A stretch of 64,000 nucleotides of DNA, taken from Candidatus Omnitrophota bacterium (lineage in GTDB: Bacteria > Omnitrophota > Gorgyraeia > JAHIPI01). Shown one piece after another: positions 27,502 through 37,604 of the stretch. Position numbers and translations under genes: made by a program. Position 1 is the stretch's first letter, and every line of letters starts with the position of its first letter. The notes under the pieces were generated by a model, which saw only the letters and a list, made by a program, of their open reading frames with translations, was not told the origin of the DNA and did no database searches. The DNA lies in contig JADHVZ010000005.1 in assembly GCA_016783745.1 (NCBI GenBank), forward strand, positions 1,178 through 65,177, in the 5' to 3' direction.

Positions 27502-29748
27502 TTATTCCAGTTTTAGCCGGCCCCAGACCGCAGAGTCTTTATATCCGGCTTCCGTTCCGTTCCAGACGATCTTCCCCTCTCGCGTCCCGGCCTCGTCCGC
27601 GTCACCAATAGCGATATCAAAGCCAAGTATATCACCTTTTTTAAATTTTATGAAGGGCTTGTCGTAAAAATTCGCTATATTTATTCTGGCTTCAAGAATA
27701 TACCCATCCTTACCCTTATTCGCGATAGCCCGGCTTGCTTTAGGGACATCGTTTCTCACCCCGCCTTTTACCTGGCCGGGTATCCACATCTCAGTATTTG
27801 CGCCTATTAATATCTGAAAATCCGCGGCCGAATATCCTGTTTCAGGGATCCTGGCGGGATCTACGCTGATAAAGAGTTCAACGCAGTCTCCGTTCCAGAC
27901 ATTATTGCCGGAATACCTGTTCACGGCAGGCACATCATCCTTGATATCAGCCAATAAATATAAGTTTTCCTTATCCCATACCACCCTGACCTTCGCGCTA
28001 AGATCACTATCACTTTCTATGGTGCCCTCTCCGAAGTTCGTGTCAATATTTAATTCGATTATTTCCGTGCTGAGCCAGGCTTTATCTATTATACCGTCGA
28101 TCTTTATGTCTTCCGTGAATACGGAAACCAGTTCTTTGACCGGTAGTCCTCCCGCAAAATCCGCTCCCACGTATCCCATCACGCCATCCTTGCGCTTATA
28201 ACCGTAATCCTCTACGTCGGCGCCGGCCCAGTACACGTAGTACCAACTATCGAGCTTTCCGGCTACGGGAGTCCTTTTTGTGAAATATCCCCGCTCATCG
28301 GTTTTACCTTCCCACTGCCTTGTATGACTATTTATGGCGTTGAATATACCCAGCCGGACATCGTAATCCTTGAGCGGCTCCCCCTCTCTATTGGTCACTC
28401 TCGCGGTTATGGAGGCAATATCACCGTTTTTATATCGAGGCTTATCTACCGTCACCTCGATATTGACCGGAGGCAGCAGATCATGACCGTCTTTACATTT
28501 TATTATATTTACACTCCGGGTGATCTCGCTTTTATCTTCCGTTCCCATTACCGTAAACGTATGCAATCCGGCCTGTAACTTTGAAGCATCGAGTTCTGCC
28601 CGCCACCAATCGCCTTTATTCGTCAGATCATGCCACTTGCCCCGGCCTATCCTGTACCGTACGCCTCTGACCTGAGAAACGGCATTGACTTCTATAAGAG
28701 CTTTATCCGGTATTCTCTGGCCCTCCCTGGGCTCCGTAACGATCAGTTTAAACTCTTCCTTTAAAGCGTAATACGCCTTTCTCGGCGTACCAAGGATATC
28801 CTGCTTGCTTTCAATGCCGACTATACCGAACCACTCTTCCGGATGCGTGTCATGCCTCTCGGGCTTTTTTGCTTTCCACCACTCATCGTTCCATTCAAAA
28901 ACACAGCCGCCCGCGGCGCCCCCTTCAAGCAATCCCCGGAAACATGATATTATTCCGTCAGCCTGCTCCTCTTGGGAATTCCCGCCGTATGCATATCCGC
29001 CGTCTCCGTCGGGAGAAACACTGTATCCGAACTCTGTCACCACAAACGGCCTCCCCTGAGCATGAAGCGATCTTGTGCCTTTTACAAAGTTCGCGTATCC
29101 GATATCACCCGATATTGAAGGGGCATAAGCATAAGTATTAAATGACACGATGTCCCACATGGACTGGTCAAGCCACAGCGACCAGTAGGCATTCGCCATG
29201 CTGACCGGCCTGTTCGGATCTTCCTCCCTGGCTATGCTCGCCAATCTCCTGTAAAGATCCAATGTCTTATCCACGCCTGATGACATCAAGCGGTCGGCGT
29301 GCGGCTCGTTCATCATCAGGTACATGATTATATTAGAGTGTTTCTTACCTATCCTGCACATCTGCCTGACGCTGCTCTCGGCAAGGCGTATAAAACCGCT
29401 ATATCCGAAGTCCACATCCGACTTTAATGGGACCGCCTGTATGACCATCAGATCATATTTTTCCGCCATCTCTAGCTGGTCCTCCGGCATTGTGCCCCAG
29501 ACCCGCAATGTGTTGAAGCCGGCATCTCTTATCCTCTTAAAATCTGCCTCTAGCGTCCTGGGGGGAACGCTGGCTCCCGGCCACTGGCCGGGCCTATACG
29601 GACTGTAGCCGATCCCTTTGATAAAAAATTTCTCGCCGTCTATATAAATACTGCCGTCTTTAAGTTGTATCCGGGGATTTTCCTCCGCATAAAGGGCGCT
29701 TACGCCGAGCAGCACCGTCATGACCAGAACTATGATCCTCTGCCTCAA
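27502..29748 (-). CDS. secreted GH5-family glycoside hydrolase with C-terminal carbohydrate-binding (CBM9-like) domain
   Basis: Signal peptide. MNEPHAD (GH5 acid/base NEP) and VVTEFGY (nucleophile Glu). C-terminal beta-rich domain rich in W/Y/D. Confidence 0.6.
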   Translation of the reverse strand: MRQRIIVLVMTVLLGVSALYAEENPRIQLKDGSIYIDGEKFFIKGIGYSPYRPGQWPGASVPPRTLEADFKRIRDAGFNTLRVWGTMPEDQLEMAEKYDLMVIQAVPLKSDVDFGYSGFIRLAESSVRQMCRIGKKHSNIIMYLMMNEPHADRLMSSGVDKTLDLYRRLASIAREEDPNRPVSMANAYWSLWLDQSMWDIVSFNTYAYAPSISGDIGYANFVKGTRSLHAQGRPFVVTEFGYSVSPDGDGGYAYGGNSQEEQADGIISCFRGLLEGGAAGGCVFEWNDEWWKAKKPERHDTHPEEWFGIVGIESKQDILGTPRKAYYALKEEFKLIVTEPREGQRIPDKALIEVNAVSQVRGVRYRIGRGKWHDLTNKGDWWRAELDASKLQAGLHTFTVMGTEDKSEITRSVNIIKCKDGHDLLPPVNIEVTVDKPRYKNGDIASITARVTNREGEPLKDYDVRLGIFNAINSHTRQWEGKTDERGYFTKRTPVAGKLDSWYYVYWAGADVEDYGYKRKDGVMGYVGADFAGGLPVKELVSVFTEDIKIDGIIDKAWLSTEIIELNIDTNFGEGTIESDSDLSAKVRVVWDKENLYLLADIKDDVPAVNRYSGNNVWNGDCVELFISVDPARIPETGYSAADFQILIGANTEMWIPGQVKGGVRNDVPKASRAIANKGKDGYILEARINIANFYDKPFIKFKKGDILGFDIAIGDADEAGTREGKIVWNGTEAGYKDSAVWGRLKLE

Positions 29749-30608
29749 CTGTTTGTCTCCTTTTTTACAGTATCCCTGTATAATTTGTGAATATTTCGCG
29801 TTACGGGTCCGACCCTCCCGCTGCCTATTCTTATACCGTCGACCTCGATCACAGGGATGATCTCGATAAGTGAGTTTGTGATAAATACTTCGTCACACTC
29901 GTTCAGTATATCATCCTTGAACATGCCTTCCTCCACGCCTACACCGGCAAATGACGATAATTCCAGCACCGCTTTTCTCGTTATGCCCGGCAGGATTCCG
30001 CAGTCAACCGACGGAGTCATGAGCCTGCTTCCCTTTACCATAAATACATTAGATACCGTTCCTTCGCATATATGGCCGGATTCGTTCAGAAAGAAAGTCT
30101 CAAAAGAATTCCTGGAAACGGCTTCATTTCTGGCAATAATGCTTTCAAGATAATTCGATACCTTAAAACGCGTCACCAGACTGCGGCTGCTTTTTCTGTA
30201 GCGGGAGATATCGGTTTTTATCCCGCTATCATAAAATTTAGCGGGCCGCGGCAGAAAATTTGCCGCGGTGATCACCGCGCTCGCGGCTTCGTTTTGCGAT
30301 ATATTAAACCCTCTGTTTTTTGAAATACCCCGGGACATGGTGACCCTGATCGAGGCGTCTTTAAGTTTATTAAGGCGCAGCAGTTCATATATTATCTTTT
30401 CCGTCTCCTTATTCGAAAGGCCCTGGCGGATCTTCATGCTTTTCATGGATGAAAAAAGCCTCTCGATATGGTCATTCAAGCGGAATACGATACCGCTATA
30501 ACTTCTCATCGTCTCGATGACCGCGTCTCCGTAAAGGAAACCCCTGTCAAAAACAGAGATCTTCGCGTTGTTTTCGTCGAGCATCACTCCGTTTACGAAT
30601 ACCTTCAT
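29745..30608 (-). CDS. pabC: class IV aminotransferase-fold protein, likely aminodeoxychorismate lyase PabC
   Basis: ETFFLNESGHICEGTVSNVFMVKGSRLMTPS...GILPGITR is a class IV PLP-enzyme signature. Translationally coupled to pabB upstream. Confidence 0.6.
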   Translation of the reverse strand: MKVFVNGVMLDENNAKISVFDRGFLYGDAVIETMRSYSGIVFRLNDHIERLFSSMKSMKIRQGLSNKETEKIIYELLRLNKLKDASIRVTMSRGISKNRGFNISQNEAASAVITAANFLPRPAKFYDSGIKTDISRYRKSSRSLVTRFKVSNYLESIIARNEAVSRNSFETFFLNESGHICEGTVSNVFMVKGSRLMTPSVDCGILPGITRKAVLELSSFAGVGVEEGMFKDDILNECDEVFITNSLIEIIPVIEVDGIRIGSGRVGPVTRNIHKLYRDTVKKETNS

Positions 30609-30618
30609 CTCGCGCTCC

Positions 30619-32094
30619 TTATCGCTGCCGGGTCGGGATCGAATGGGCCGCGGCCTGATGGAAGTAGATCGCCTGCGCCAGCGCGCGGCCCTTATCCAGC
30701 GTCTCCTGATACTCCATCTGTGGATCCGAATCCGCCACTATGCCGCCTCCGACCTGAAAATATGATTTTTTACCTTTTACGACTATTGTCCGTATCACTA
30801 TGGAAAGGTCCGCGCTGCCGCTAAAATCTATATAACCGATCGCGCCCGTATATATACCTCTTTTTGTGGGCTCGAGTTTCTCTATTATCTCCATGGACCG
30901 TATCTTAGGAGCGCCTGTTATTGAACCTCCGGGAAAGCAGTTTTTAAGGCAATCAACCGCATCTCGGCCTTCCCTTAATTTGCCGCTGACTGTGGAGACC
31001 AGGTGATATACGGTCGGATAAGTCTCAAGTCCCATGAATTCCGTCGGGCTTACAGAGCCGTATTCGCACACCCTTCCGAGATCGTTCCTCTCGAGATCCA
31101 CTATCATCAAGTGCTCGGCCCTGTCTTTAGCGCTGGACAATAGCTCATTTTTAAGCGCAAGGTCTTTTTTACTGTCTTCTCCGCGGGGCCTGGTGCCTTT
31201 TATCGGCCTCGTCTCTATATATCTGCCGTTTATTTTTATAAACCTCTCCGGGGATGAACTCACTATTTTAAAATCGTCGAAATTCAGATAAGCGGCGAAC
31301 GGCGCCGGATTTATTTTTCTTAGTCCCGCATAAAGCTCAAAGGCATCCCCGCTGAAATCACACTCGAATCTCTGTGAAAGGTTCACCTGATAGATATCCC
31401 CGCAAGCTATATACTCTTTCGCGCGGTCAATAGCCTTGCAATAATCCTGTTTAGAAAAATTTGAAGTCAGCCCGGAGTCCGGGAGCGCATTGATACCCCC
31501 TTCAAGATCGTCTGCATATGCGTTGAGCCTGCCGGTGCCTGTGCCTGTATGACGGTTTATTCTGCTTTTGACTTCATCCAGCCGCTTTTCGGCCCTCTCG
31601 CGATTTTCGTTCCCATCGCGCAATGGCAGGCCCGAGGAGGATATATATGACTTTTTCAACAGATTATCGAATATTATGATCACATCATAAAAAGCAAGCA
31701 AGAGATCCGGCATTTTTATATCATCATGGGACGTATCCGGCAACTCCTCCAGAAAAAATCTAAGGTCGTATGAAAAATACCCAATACACCCGGAGTTCAA
31801 AGGCAGGTCATCTCTTGCTTTCTCTACTTTATACCGGGATAAGACCTGTCTTAGAAATTGAAACGGATCGCCGGTAATACCCTCAACGCCGTCTTTAGTG
31901 GAAACCGTTATTTGCTCTCCCTTACTGCGGACTACCATGAACGGGTCATGGCCTATAAATGAGAACCTGCCGAGCCTGGCCGCGTCCATACCGCTGTCAA
32001 GAAACGCGCTATAGGGCTCATCCTTAAAGGCGCTATAGACGGTCAGCGGATCCGGGAAGTGGTCCAGTTCGTGTATGATTGGTATTATGTGCAT
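30619..32094 (-). CDS. pabB: aminodeoxychorismate synthase component I (chorismate-binding enzyme)
   Basis: PGGSITGAPKIRSMEIIEKLE and GIYTGAIGY motifs of the TrpE/PabB family. Adjacent to the class IV enzyme. Confidence 0.7.
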   Translation of the reverse strand: MHIIPIIHELDHFPDPLTVYSAFKDEPYSAFLDSGMDAARLGRFSFIGHDPFMVVRSKGEQITVSTKDGVEGITGDPFQFLRQVLSRYKVEKARDDLPLNSGCIGYFSYDLRFFLEELPDTSHDDIKMPDLLLAFYDVIIIFDNLLKKSYISSSGLPLRDGNENRERAEKRLDEVKSRINRHTGTGTGRLNAYADDLEGGINALPDSGLTSNFSKQDYCKAIDRAKEYIACGDIYQVNLSQRFECDFSGDAFELYAGLRKINPAPFAAYLNFDDFKIVSSSPERFIKINGRYIETRPIKGTRPRGEDSKKDLALKNELLSSAKDRAEHLMIVDLERNDLGRVCEYGSVSPTEFMGLETYPTVYHLVSTVSGKLREGRDAVDCLKNCFPGGSITGAPKIRSMEIIEKLEPTKRGIYTGAIGYIDFSGSADLSIVIRTIVVKGKKSYFQVGGGIVADSDPQMEYQETLDKGRALAQAIYFHQAAAHSIPTRQR

Positions 32095-32139
32095 ATGTAC
32101 TCACTGAGGTTACGAAAGGTTACAATATCCCTGGTTGTT

Positions 32140-32265
32140 GGTTGTTCGCATATCGTTAATCGTTTATTGTTGATCGTATATTCGGTTTTCGGTTTTCGGT
32201 TTACGGTTTTCGGGAAAAGAATCCGAGAACCGAACACCGAGAACCGATAACCGAGTTACGAGCGT
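32140..32265. repeat. heptad-repeat imperfect palindrome element, copy 1 ((CGGTTTT)n / (CCGAGAA)n arms around a GGGAAAAGAATCC loop), preceded by CGTTAATCG motifs
   Basis: ttcggttttcggttttcggtttacggttttcggg-aaaagaa-tccgagaaccgaacaccgagaaccgataaccgag. A 57-nt core is identical to the copy at 46971-47045. Confidence 0.85.
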
Positions 32266-32334
32266 CTCTGCGAGATAACAAACAATTCGAGAGCACATGC
32301 AATATTTATGGAGCGAGAGGATTATCAACATCGC

Positions 32335-32802
32335 TTACTTAGGCAACAGCTCTTCAAACAGCAATTTCAGCTCTTCGCGCCTCTTCGTCAGTATATCACT
32401 GAGCGGAGTGTTCATGGCGCACTTGCCCGGTTGAATACCCAGCAAGTATACCTCAGCCTTTGTCTCCGCCTTCAGAAAATCGAAAAATAATGCCAGGGAC
32501 GCGTTATGCGTAGATAAGCCGTATAAGGGAATATCCTTCTTCCTCAGCAACTTCATGTCCCCTATATTAGCGCCAAGATCAGCGGCGTCTACCATAAGTA
32601 CCGTGTCGGGCTTAGAGTTTCTGATCGCCTTAATGTGATTTTCAGGCGTAGGCCCTGCGTTCAACACCTCAGCTGAGGTCTTACCCTTCAGATCATCAAT
32701 AAGCCCGGGACCAAAGCCATCATCCCCCATCATTGTATTGCCGACTCCGACAATAGTGACCCTTCCCCTTAATATATCCTGTAATTCCATCCTAATATCC
32801 AT
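32335..32802 (-). CDS. hycI: hydrogenase maturation endopeptidase (HycI/HyaD family)
   Basis: TIVGVGNTMMGDDGFGPGLIDDL is the signature of the hydrogenase maturation protease family. Confidence 0.75.
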   Translation of the reverse strand: MDIRMELQDILRGRVTIVGVGNTMMGDDGFGPGLIDDLKGKTSAEVLNAGPTPENHIKAIRNSKPDTVLMVDAADLGANIGDMKLLRKKDIPLYGLSTHNASLALFFDFLKAETKAEVYLLGIQPGKCAMNTPLSDILTKRREELKLLFEELLPK

Positions 32803-32864
32803 AATAAATCAGGGACAGGCACCGATTGAATGGCACCTGTCCCTCTATTGTACCTTCTTCTCCC

Positions 32865-33488
32865 CTATTTTTCAAGGGTGGTTTTTCTTCGGCACGAAGC
32901 GCAGAGTATCTTTATCCTGTCAGACCTGCCAAGCTCTTTCGCGGCCTCGACCAGGTCTTCGGTCACCACACCCAACATCTTTAAATCCGCAAGATAAACT
33001 GTGGGGCTTGAATAAGCGAGAGTATCCAGCTTCCTCGCTATCCATCGCAAGTGAGAATACGTACTGATTATATCCGAACAGGATTCGCAAAGAGCCAACT
33101 CATTTTCCGACGAATCGCTTACCGCGTGCCTGTCGCTGCGGTCAAGATAAGCGCTTTCAAATTTGGTGGTATGGCTGATCCCGGGCGGATCCTCGTCCTT
33201 CGTAGAACACCAGAGAGTACAATTGCCGCAGAAATTACACATATCATAATTGATGACCATCTTGCGTTCAGGAGGATCCTGGCCAATATCATCCTTAACC
33301 TCAATAGCTCCGGACGGGCAGACAAACTTACATGCTGTACAGCCTATGCAGTTCTCATCGCTGAATTCCACCATGCCCCTGAATCTCTTATGCGGTATAT
33401 GCGGCTTAAAGGGATACATGTTTGTATATGGGCCCTTTATGACCGCTTTTATAGCTTCTTTTAGTTCTCTTAGCTTTGGTTTTTTCAT
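32865..33488 (-). CDS. NuoI-like 2x[4Fe-4S] ferredoxin subunit with Cys-containing C-terminal extension
   Basis: CIGCTACKFVCP and CNFCGNCTLWC. Extra CESC ... CASC pair in the C-terminal ~70 aa. Confidence 0.6.
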   Translation of the reverse strand: MKKPKLRELKEAIKAVIKGPYTNMYPFKPHIPHKRFRGMVEFSDENCIGCTACKFVCPSGAIEVKDDIGQDPPERKMVINYDMCNFCGNCTLWCSTKDEDPPGISHTTKFESAYLDRSDRHAVSDSSENELALCESCSDIISTYSHLRWIARKLDTLAYSSPTVYLADLKMLGVVTEDLVEAAKELGRSDRIKILCASCRRKTTLEK

Positions 33489-33492
33489 CTTT

Positions 33493-33527
33493 AACCTACT
33501 ACCTACAACCTACTACCTACAACCTAA
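33493..33527. repeat. 2.5 tandem copies of the 14-mer AACCTACTACCTAC in the leader/RBS region of the ferredoxin gene
   Basis: Direct read of the sequence. Confidence 0.8.
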
Positions 33528-33862
33528 TTCCCGTCTTCTTCGTATTTATCTATTACGCTGGATTCGCAAAGCTTAACACCTGACTTATGCGCGGCCCTGG
33601 CTAAGGCGTGCGCTGCTACAGGCGAAGTAAGCAATAAAAAAATTATACACAATATAGCTTTTATTCCCGCCGCCGTAAAACCGACTATGAGTAACATGCC
33701 AAAAAGAATACTGCAAGTCCCCAGCGTGATACATTTTGTCGCGGCCTGAAGCCTGTTATAAACATCCGGCAGTCTCAACAGCCCCAGGCAGCCAAAGACA
33801 TCAAAGGCCAGGCCTATGCTTATAAATATAAATCCGATTATGTGAATCACATTAATCATCAA
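33524..33862 (-). CDS. mrpG: Mrp antiporter subunit G-like
   Basis: 112 aa, 3 TM. Position is last in an MrpA-G-ordered block. Confidence 0.55.
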   Translation of the reverse strand: MMINVIHIIGFIFISIGLAFDVFGCLGLLRLPDVYNRLQAATKCITLGTCSILFGMLLIVGFTAAGIKAILCIIFLLLTSPVAAHALARAAHKSGVKLCESSVIDKYEEDGN

Positions 33863-34223
33863 AGTCTTTCCCCTCCAGATACTTTGCCAAAGCCAGTGTA
33901 CTTATAAAACTTTGCAATGCCCATGCTATACCTATATCGATATACCACTGCCTGCCCGTAGAAATACTTAAAACAGCGCAAAAGCCTATGACAAGTATGC
34001 CGAACATGTCTAGCGATACGATTCTGTCGGCCGGCGTAGGCCCCTTTACTATCCTAAAGAGGCATAAGACCGCGCACAAGATGAGCACAAACAGGGCCCT
34101 TTTAACAAAATTGAGATACACCAGCCCCGGGAAGATGTAGATATCCGGCGTAAAAAATAAGATTACGATAAATAAAGCCGCCAGTATGATCAGGCCTATA
34201 ATATAGCTAAGTGTCTTATTCAT
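33852..34223 (-). CDS. mrpF: Mrp antiporter subunit F-like
   Basis: 123 aa, 3 TM. Position in the Mrp block. Confidence 0.5.
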   Translation of the reverse strand: MNKTLSYIIGLIILAALFIVILFFTPDIYIFPGLVYLNFVKRALFVLILCAVLCLFRIVKGPTPADRIVSLDMFGILVIGFCAVLSISTGRQWYIDIGIAWALQSFISTLALAKYLEGKDFDD

Positions 34224-34714
34224 TCAAAAATCCTTGTCAATATCCGCTCAAACCGATAGGCTATCCTCTCGGTTGCCCCTTTTACATCCTTATCCTTGAC
34301 ATCTATCCAATGGACGTATATATAACCTTTTTCCCGGTCAATATCTACGCTTAAGGTCCCGGGCGTAAGTGTTATCGAATTGGCAAGAAATGTCAGGCCT
34401 GTATCAGATTTGAGCGATGTCTTGACCTTCACTATTCCGGGTTTTATCGGAAGACTCGGATGAGCTACCCTGTAGGCAACATCGATATTCGCCTTAAGCA
34501 TCTCCCAGATGAAAATCGGAATATAATAGAGGAACCAGAGATACCTCTCGACGTGTTTAAATAGATGCGGCCTTTGCACAAACATATCACCAGTCAGATA
34601 TGCTACTAACGCCGCCACAAAAACACCCACAACAAGATGCTGCCAATCCGGTATCCAGTTAAGCAGCGCCCATACGACAAACGCCAGAACAAAAAGAATC
34701 ATCCTGCTTTTCAT
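34220..34714 (-). CDS. mrpE: Mrp antiporter subunit E-like
   Basis: 164 aa, 2 N-terminal TM helices plus a soluble domain. Position in the Mrp block. Confidence 0.5.
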   Translation of the reverse strand: MKSRMILFVLAFVVWALLNWIPDWQHLVVGVFVAALVAYLTGDMFVQRPHLFKHVERYLWFLYYIPIFIWEMLKANIDVAYRVAHPSLPIKPGIVKVKTSLKSDTGLTFLANSITLTPGTLSVDIDREKGYIYVHWIDVKDKDVKGATERIAYRFERILTRIFE

Positions 34715-36243
34715 AATCCTAGGCCCCCGAAGACCGTTGCCGCATAATCCTTGCCCGCCATCAACGCGTCTGTAGCCGCCTTAAGAAAATTCTGGGAAAA
34801 GCGCGGCGCTATAAGTAAACCGCCAAAGATACATATGATCGCAAGGATAATAACCGGGACCTTCATAAAAACCGGGGGTTCCTTTATATCATCCCATTTT
34901 TTAGTCACTTTCCCGTCGCTTGCGGTTAAAGCGCCGGAAGGTGATCCGAAGAAGACATTCTTTTGTACGGTCGCGAAATACGCAAGCGTTACCACGCTGA
35001 CCAGGGCGGCCAGAAAGGCATACCCTATATATCCCGCCTGCACGGCCGCGAATATTATTATCAATTTACTGAAAAATCCGTTAAACGGCGGAACGCCGGC
35101 TATAGACATCGAAGCGATGAACGAGGTCCTGCCTGTAACAGGCATCTTTTCTTTCAGGCCTCCCATAAGCCGCATATCCCGCGTGCCTGTCGCATATTCC
35201 AGCGCGCCGGAGTTAAGAAACAGTAGTGACTTAAATACCGAATGGTTGAATAGATGAAAAAGCGCGCCGAGGATAGCCAGAGGCGTACCTATAGCCAAGC
35301 CCAATATGATGTAACCTATCTGGCTTATAGAGCTATAAGCCAGCAGGCGTTTAAAGTCCCACTGCCCACTCGCCAATAGCGCCCCTACGACCATGGATAA
35401 GGCGCCGAATATTAAAAGCACTTCCGTGAATTTAGCGCCCATTCCGAATACGTTATAAAAGATCCTTGCTATTGTGTAAATGCCGAGGCTCTTTATGAGT
35501 ACACCCGAAAGCATAGCGGAAATCGGCGCCGGTGCCGACGGGTGCGCGTCCGGCAGCCAGGCGTGAAACGGGACAATGGCCGCTTTCAATCCAAACCCCA
35601 TCAAAAAGAGGACGCCGGTAAACAGCGTAATATTGCCCGCTCCTTTTTGCGTTAAAACAGCGGCCATGTCCGCCATATTGAGTGTAGACGTATAACTATA
35701 CATAAACACTATTCCGAGAAGCACAAAAAGCGAACCCACCGTGCTCATTATCAAATATTTGAAAGAAGCTTCAAGCTCTTCCTCTTCAGTTCCGAATGCC
35801 ACGAGGGCGTAACTTGCGACCGACGCGATTTCCATGAATACAAAAAGGTTGAACATGTCGCCTGTTACGATGACCCCGTTCATACCCGCAAGCATCAAAA
35901 GGAAAAGCGTGTAAAACGTCCATTTTGAGGTGAACTTCTCCATATAGTTAACCGAGTAGACCGTTACCAGAAAGGCTACAAGGTTGACGGTCACGAGCAT
36001 AAAACTCGTAAATCCGTCCATTACCATTGTTATGCCTATGGGTGGCACCCAGGCACCGACTTTATATACTAAGACGCCGCATTTACTCACAAAGGATATC
36101 GAAAGAAGAGAAGCGATCAGCAGGCACGCTGTTGAGAGATTGCCCAACATGTCCGGCACCCCTTTTACCTTCTTCCCGATAAGGGAAGTCAGGAACGCGC
36201 CTGCGAGCGGTATTATCACGAATATAGGGATTATATTATGCAT
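34711..36243 (-). CDS. mrpD: MrpD/NuoN-like proton-translocating antiporter subunit
   Basis: 510 aa, about 14 TM. Conserved WLPDAHPSAPAPISAMLSGVLIK motif of the NuoL/M/N-MrpA/D family. Confidence 0.75.
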   Translation of the reverse strand: MHNIIPIFVIIPLAGAFLTSLIGKKVKGVPDMLGNLSTACLLIASLLSISFVSKCGVLVYKVGAWVPPIGITMVMDGFTSFMLVTVNLVAFLVTVYSVNYMEKFTSKWTFYTLFLLMLAGMNGVIVTGDMFNLFVFMEIASVASYALVAFGTEEEELEASFKYLIMSTVGSLFVLLGIVFMYSYTSTLNMADMAAVLTQKGAGNITLFTGVLFLMGFGLKAAIVPFHAWLPDAHPSAPAPISAMLSGVLIKSLGIYTIARIFYNVFGMGAKFTEVLLIFGALSMVVGALLASGQWDFKRLLAYSSISQIGYIILGLAIGTPLAILGALFHLFNHSVFKSLLFLNSGALEYATGTRDMRLMGGLKEKMPVTGRTSFIASMSIAGVPPFNGFFSKLIIIFAAVQAGYIGYAFLAALVSVVTLAYFATVQKNVFFGSPSGALTASDGKVTKKWDDIKEPPVFMKVPVIILAIICIFGGLLIAPRFSQNFLKAATDALMAGKDYAATVFGGLGL

Positions 36244-36244
36244 T

Positions 36245-36583
36245 CTATCCGTGCAACTTTCTTATTTTTGTAATATCGAACGTCCCGTATTTATCGTAAA
36301 TCCTGATAGCTATAGCGACCATCATGGCCGTGACCGCCAATCCGATAACGATCGCGGTAAGGACCAGGGCCTGAGGAAGCGGATCCACCATATTGAATAT
36401 GTTTTCACTCGGCGTGAATATAGGCGAACGGCCTTCGGCGCGGTAACCCACAAGCGCAAAAAACAGATGGACGGCATACTCAGCGATTATGATACCGATA
36501 ATGATCTTGATGAGATTCCTCTTCCTTAATATACAAAAGATGCCGATCGAGAAAAGGACCAGGCATAAAAAATAGAGAAGCAT
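36245..36583 (-). CDS. mrpC: MrpC/NuoK-like subunit
   Basis: 112 aa, 3 TM. NuoK-like. Confidence 0.55.
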   Translation of the reverse strand: MLLYFLCLVLFSIGIFCILRKRNLIKIIIGIIIAEYAVHLFFALVGYRAEGRSPIFTPSENIFNMVDPLPQALVLTAIVIGLAVTAMMVAIAIRIYDKYGTFDITKIRKLHG

Positions 36584-36586
36584 AAA

Positions 36587-37069
36587 CTAATTTCCTTTCT
36601 TACCGTCCACTGTAAACTTCAGCATTACCAGTATGACAAATATACTGAATAATCCGGCGCCCACTTTTAAACTGATCGCTATGTTGCAAAGCGGGATTAT
36701 TCCGGCGCTGAATAACTTAAAAGGCTCGCCTTTATCAGCAAAGAAGTTCAAGAAGAAAGACCCGCCCGTGAAACCGATGACCGCTATTAATAAGAAAAGC
36801 AAGGCGCCTAAACTTTCAAAAAAAGACGCCGCCCGCATAGACAGCTTCTTCAATGCCACATCTTTGCCGAACGCCAGCATTATATGTATAAACGAAAGCG
36901 CCACAATAACTCCGCCGGCAAAACCGCCGCCGGGCGAGACGTGGCCATGAGACAGTATATATATACCGTATAGCAGGATCAGGCCGACCGTGAGGCGTGT
37001 TATGGTCTTTACGATAATGGTCATGCCTTTATTAGGATCCGGGACAGCGGCTTCTTTTTTATTATTCAT
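36587..37069 (-). CDS. mrpB: MrpB (MnhB-domain) subunit
   Basis: 160 aa, 4 TM. Position in the Mrp block. Confidence 0.5.
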   Translation of the reverse strand: MNNKKEAAVPDPNKGMTIIVKTITRLTVGLILLYGIYILSHGHVSPGGGFAGGVIVALSFIHIMLAFGKDVALKKLSMRAASFFESLGALLFLLIAVIGFTGGSFFLNFFADKGEPFKLFSAGIIPLCNIAISLKVGAGLFSIFVILVMLKFTVDGKKGN

Positions 37070-37604
37070 CTTCCTCTACTTCCTCCCCCACCTTCTTGCG
37101 GCCGACTCTCCTCATAATAGCGATAACGCCTATTACCGCCGTAAAAAGTATCGTTGCCTCACCCAGCGTATCATATGCCCTGAAGTCCAATATGACAGCC
37201 GCTACCAGATTAGACGCTCCCGTTTTTGACAATCCCGTTTCAAGGTAGATATTAGCGACCTTCATGATAGGCTGCCCGAAAACAGGAAGATCCTTTAAGC
37301 AGTAATATCCGATCCCTAAAAAAGTAACCGTGAATACGGCTACTACGAGTGTATTAAAAAACCACCTGCCGGAGGTAGAAAACGGCAGGTCTTTTTTGAG
37401 CGTCGCCCTTATTAATATTATCAAGCATAATATTTCGACGACCAGCTGCGTTATCGCGAGATCGGGCGCCTTCAATACTAAAAACGCTATGGAGAGAGCC
37501 AGGCCGACGGCGCCCACAGCTATAACAGCCGAAATAAGGTCTTGCATCTGAACGGCCGCTATTGCGCCTATGATCATGATTATCAAAAGAATATACAGGA
37601 TCAT
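37062..37604 (-). CDS. Mrp-module membrane subunit (MrpB N-terminal / DUF4040-like); start re-set to the ATG overlapping the mrpA stop (ATGA)
   Basis: Track ORF starts at 37655 inside mrpA. The internal ATG at 37604 overlaps the mrpA TGA, a classic translational coupling, giving MILYILLIIMIIG... Confidence 0.45.
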   Translation of the reverse strand: MILYILLIIMIIGAIAAVQMQDLISAVIAVGAVGLALSIAFLVLKAPDLAITQLVVEILCLIILIRATLKKDLPFSTSGRWFFNTLVVAVFTVTFLGIGYYCLKDLPVFGQPIMKVANIYLETGLSKTGASNLVAAVILDFRAYDTLGEATILFTAVIGVIAIMRRVGRKKVGEEVEEDE

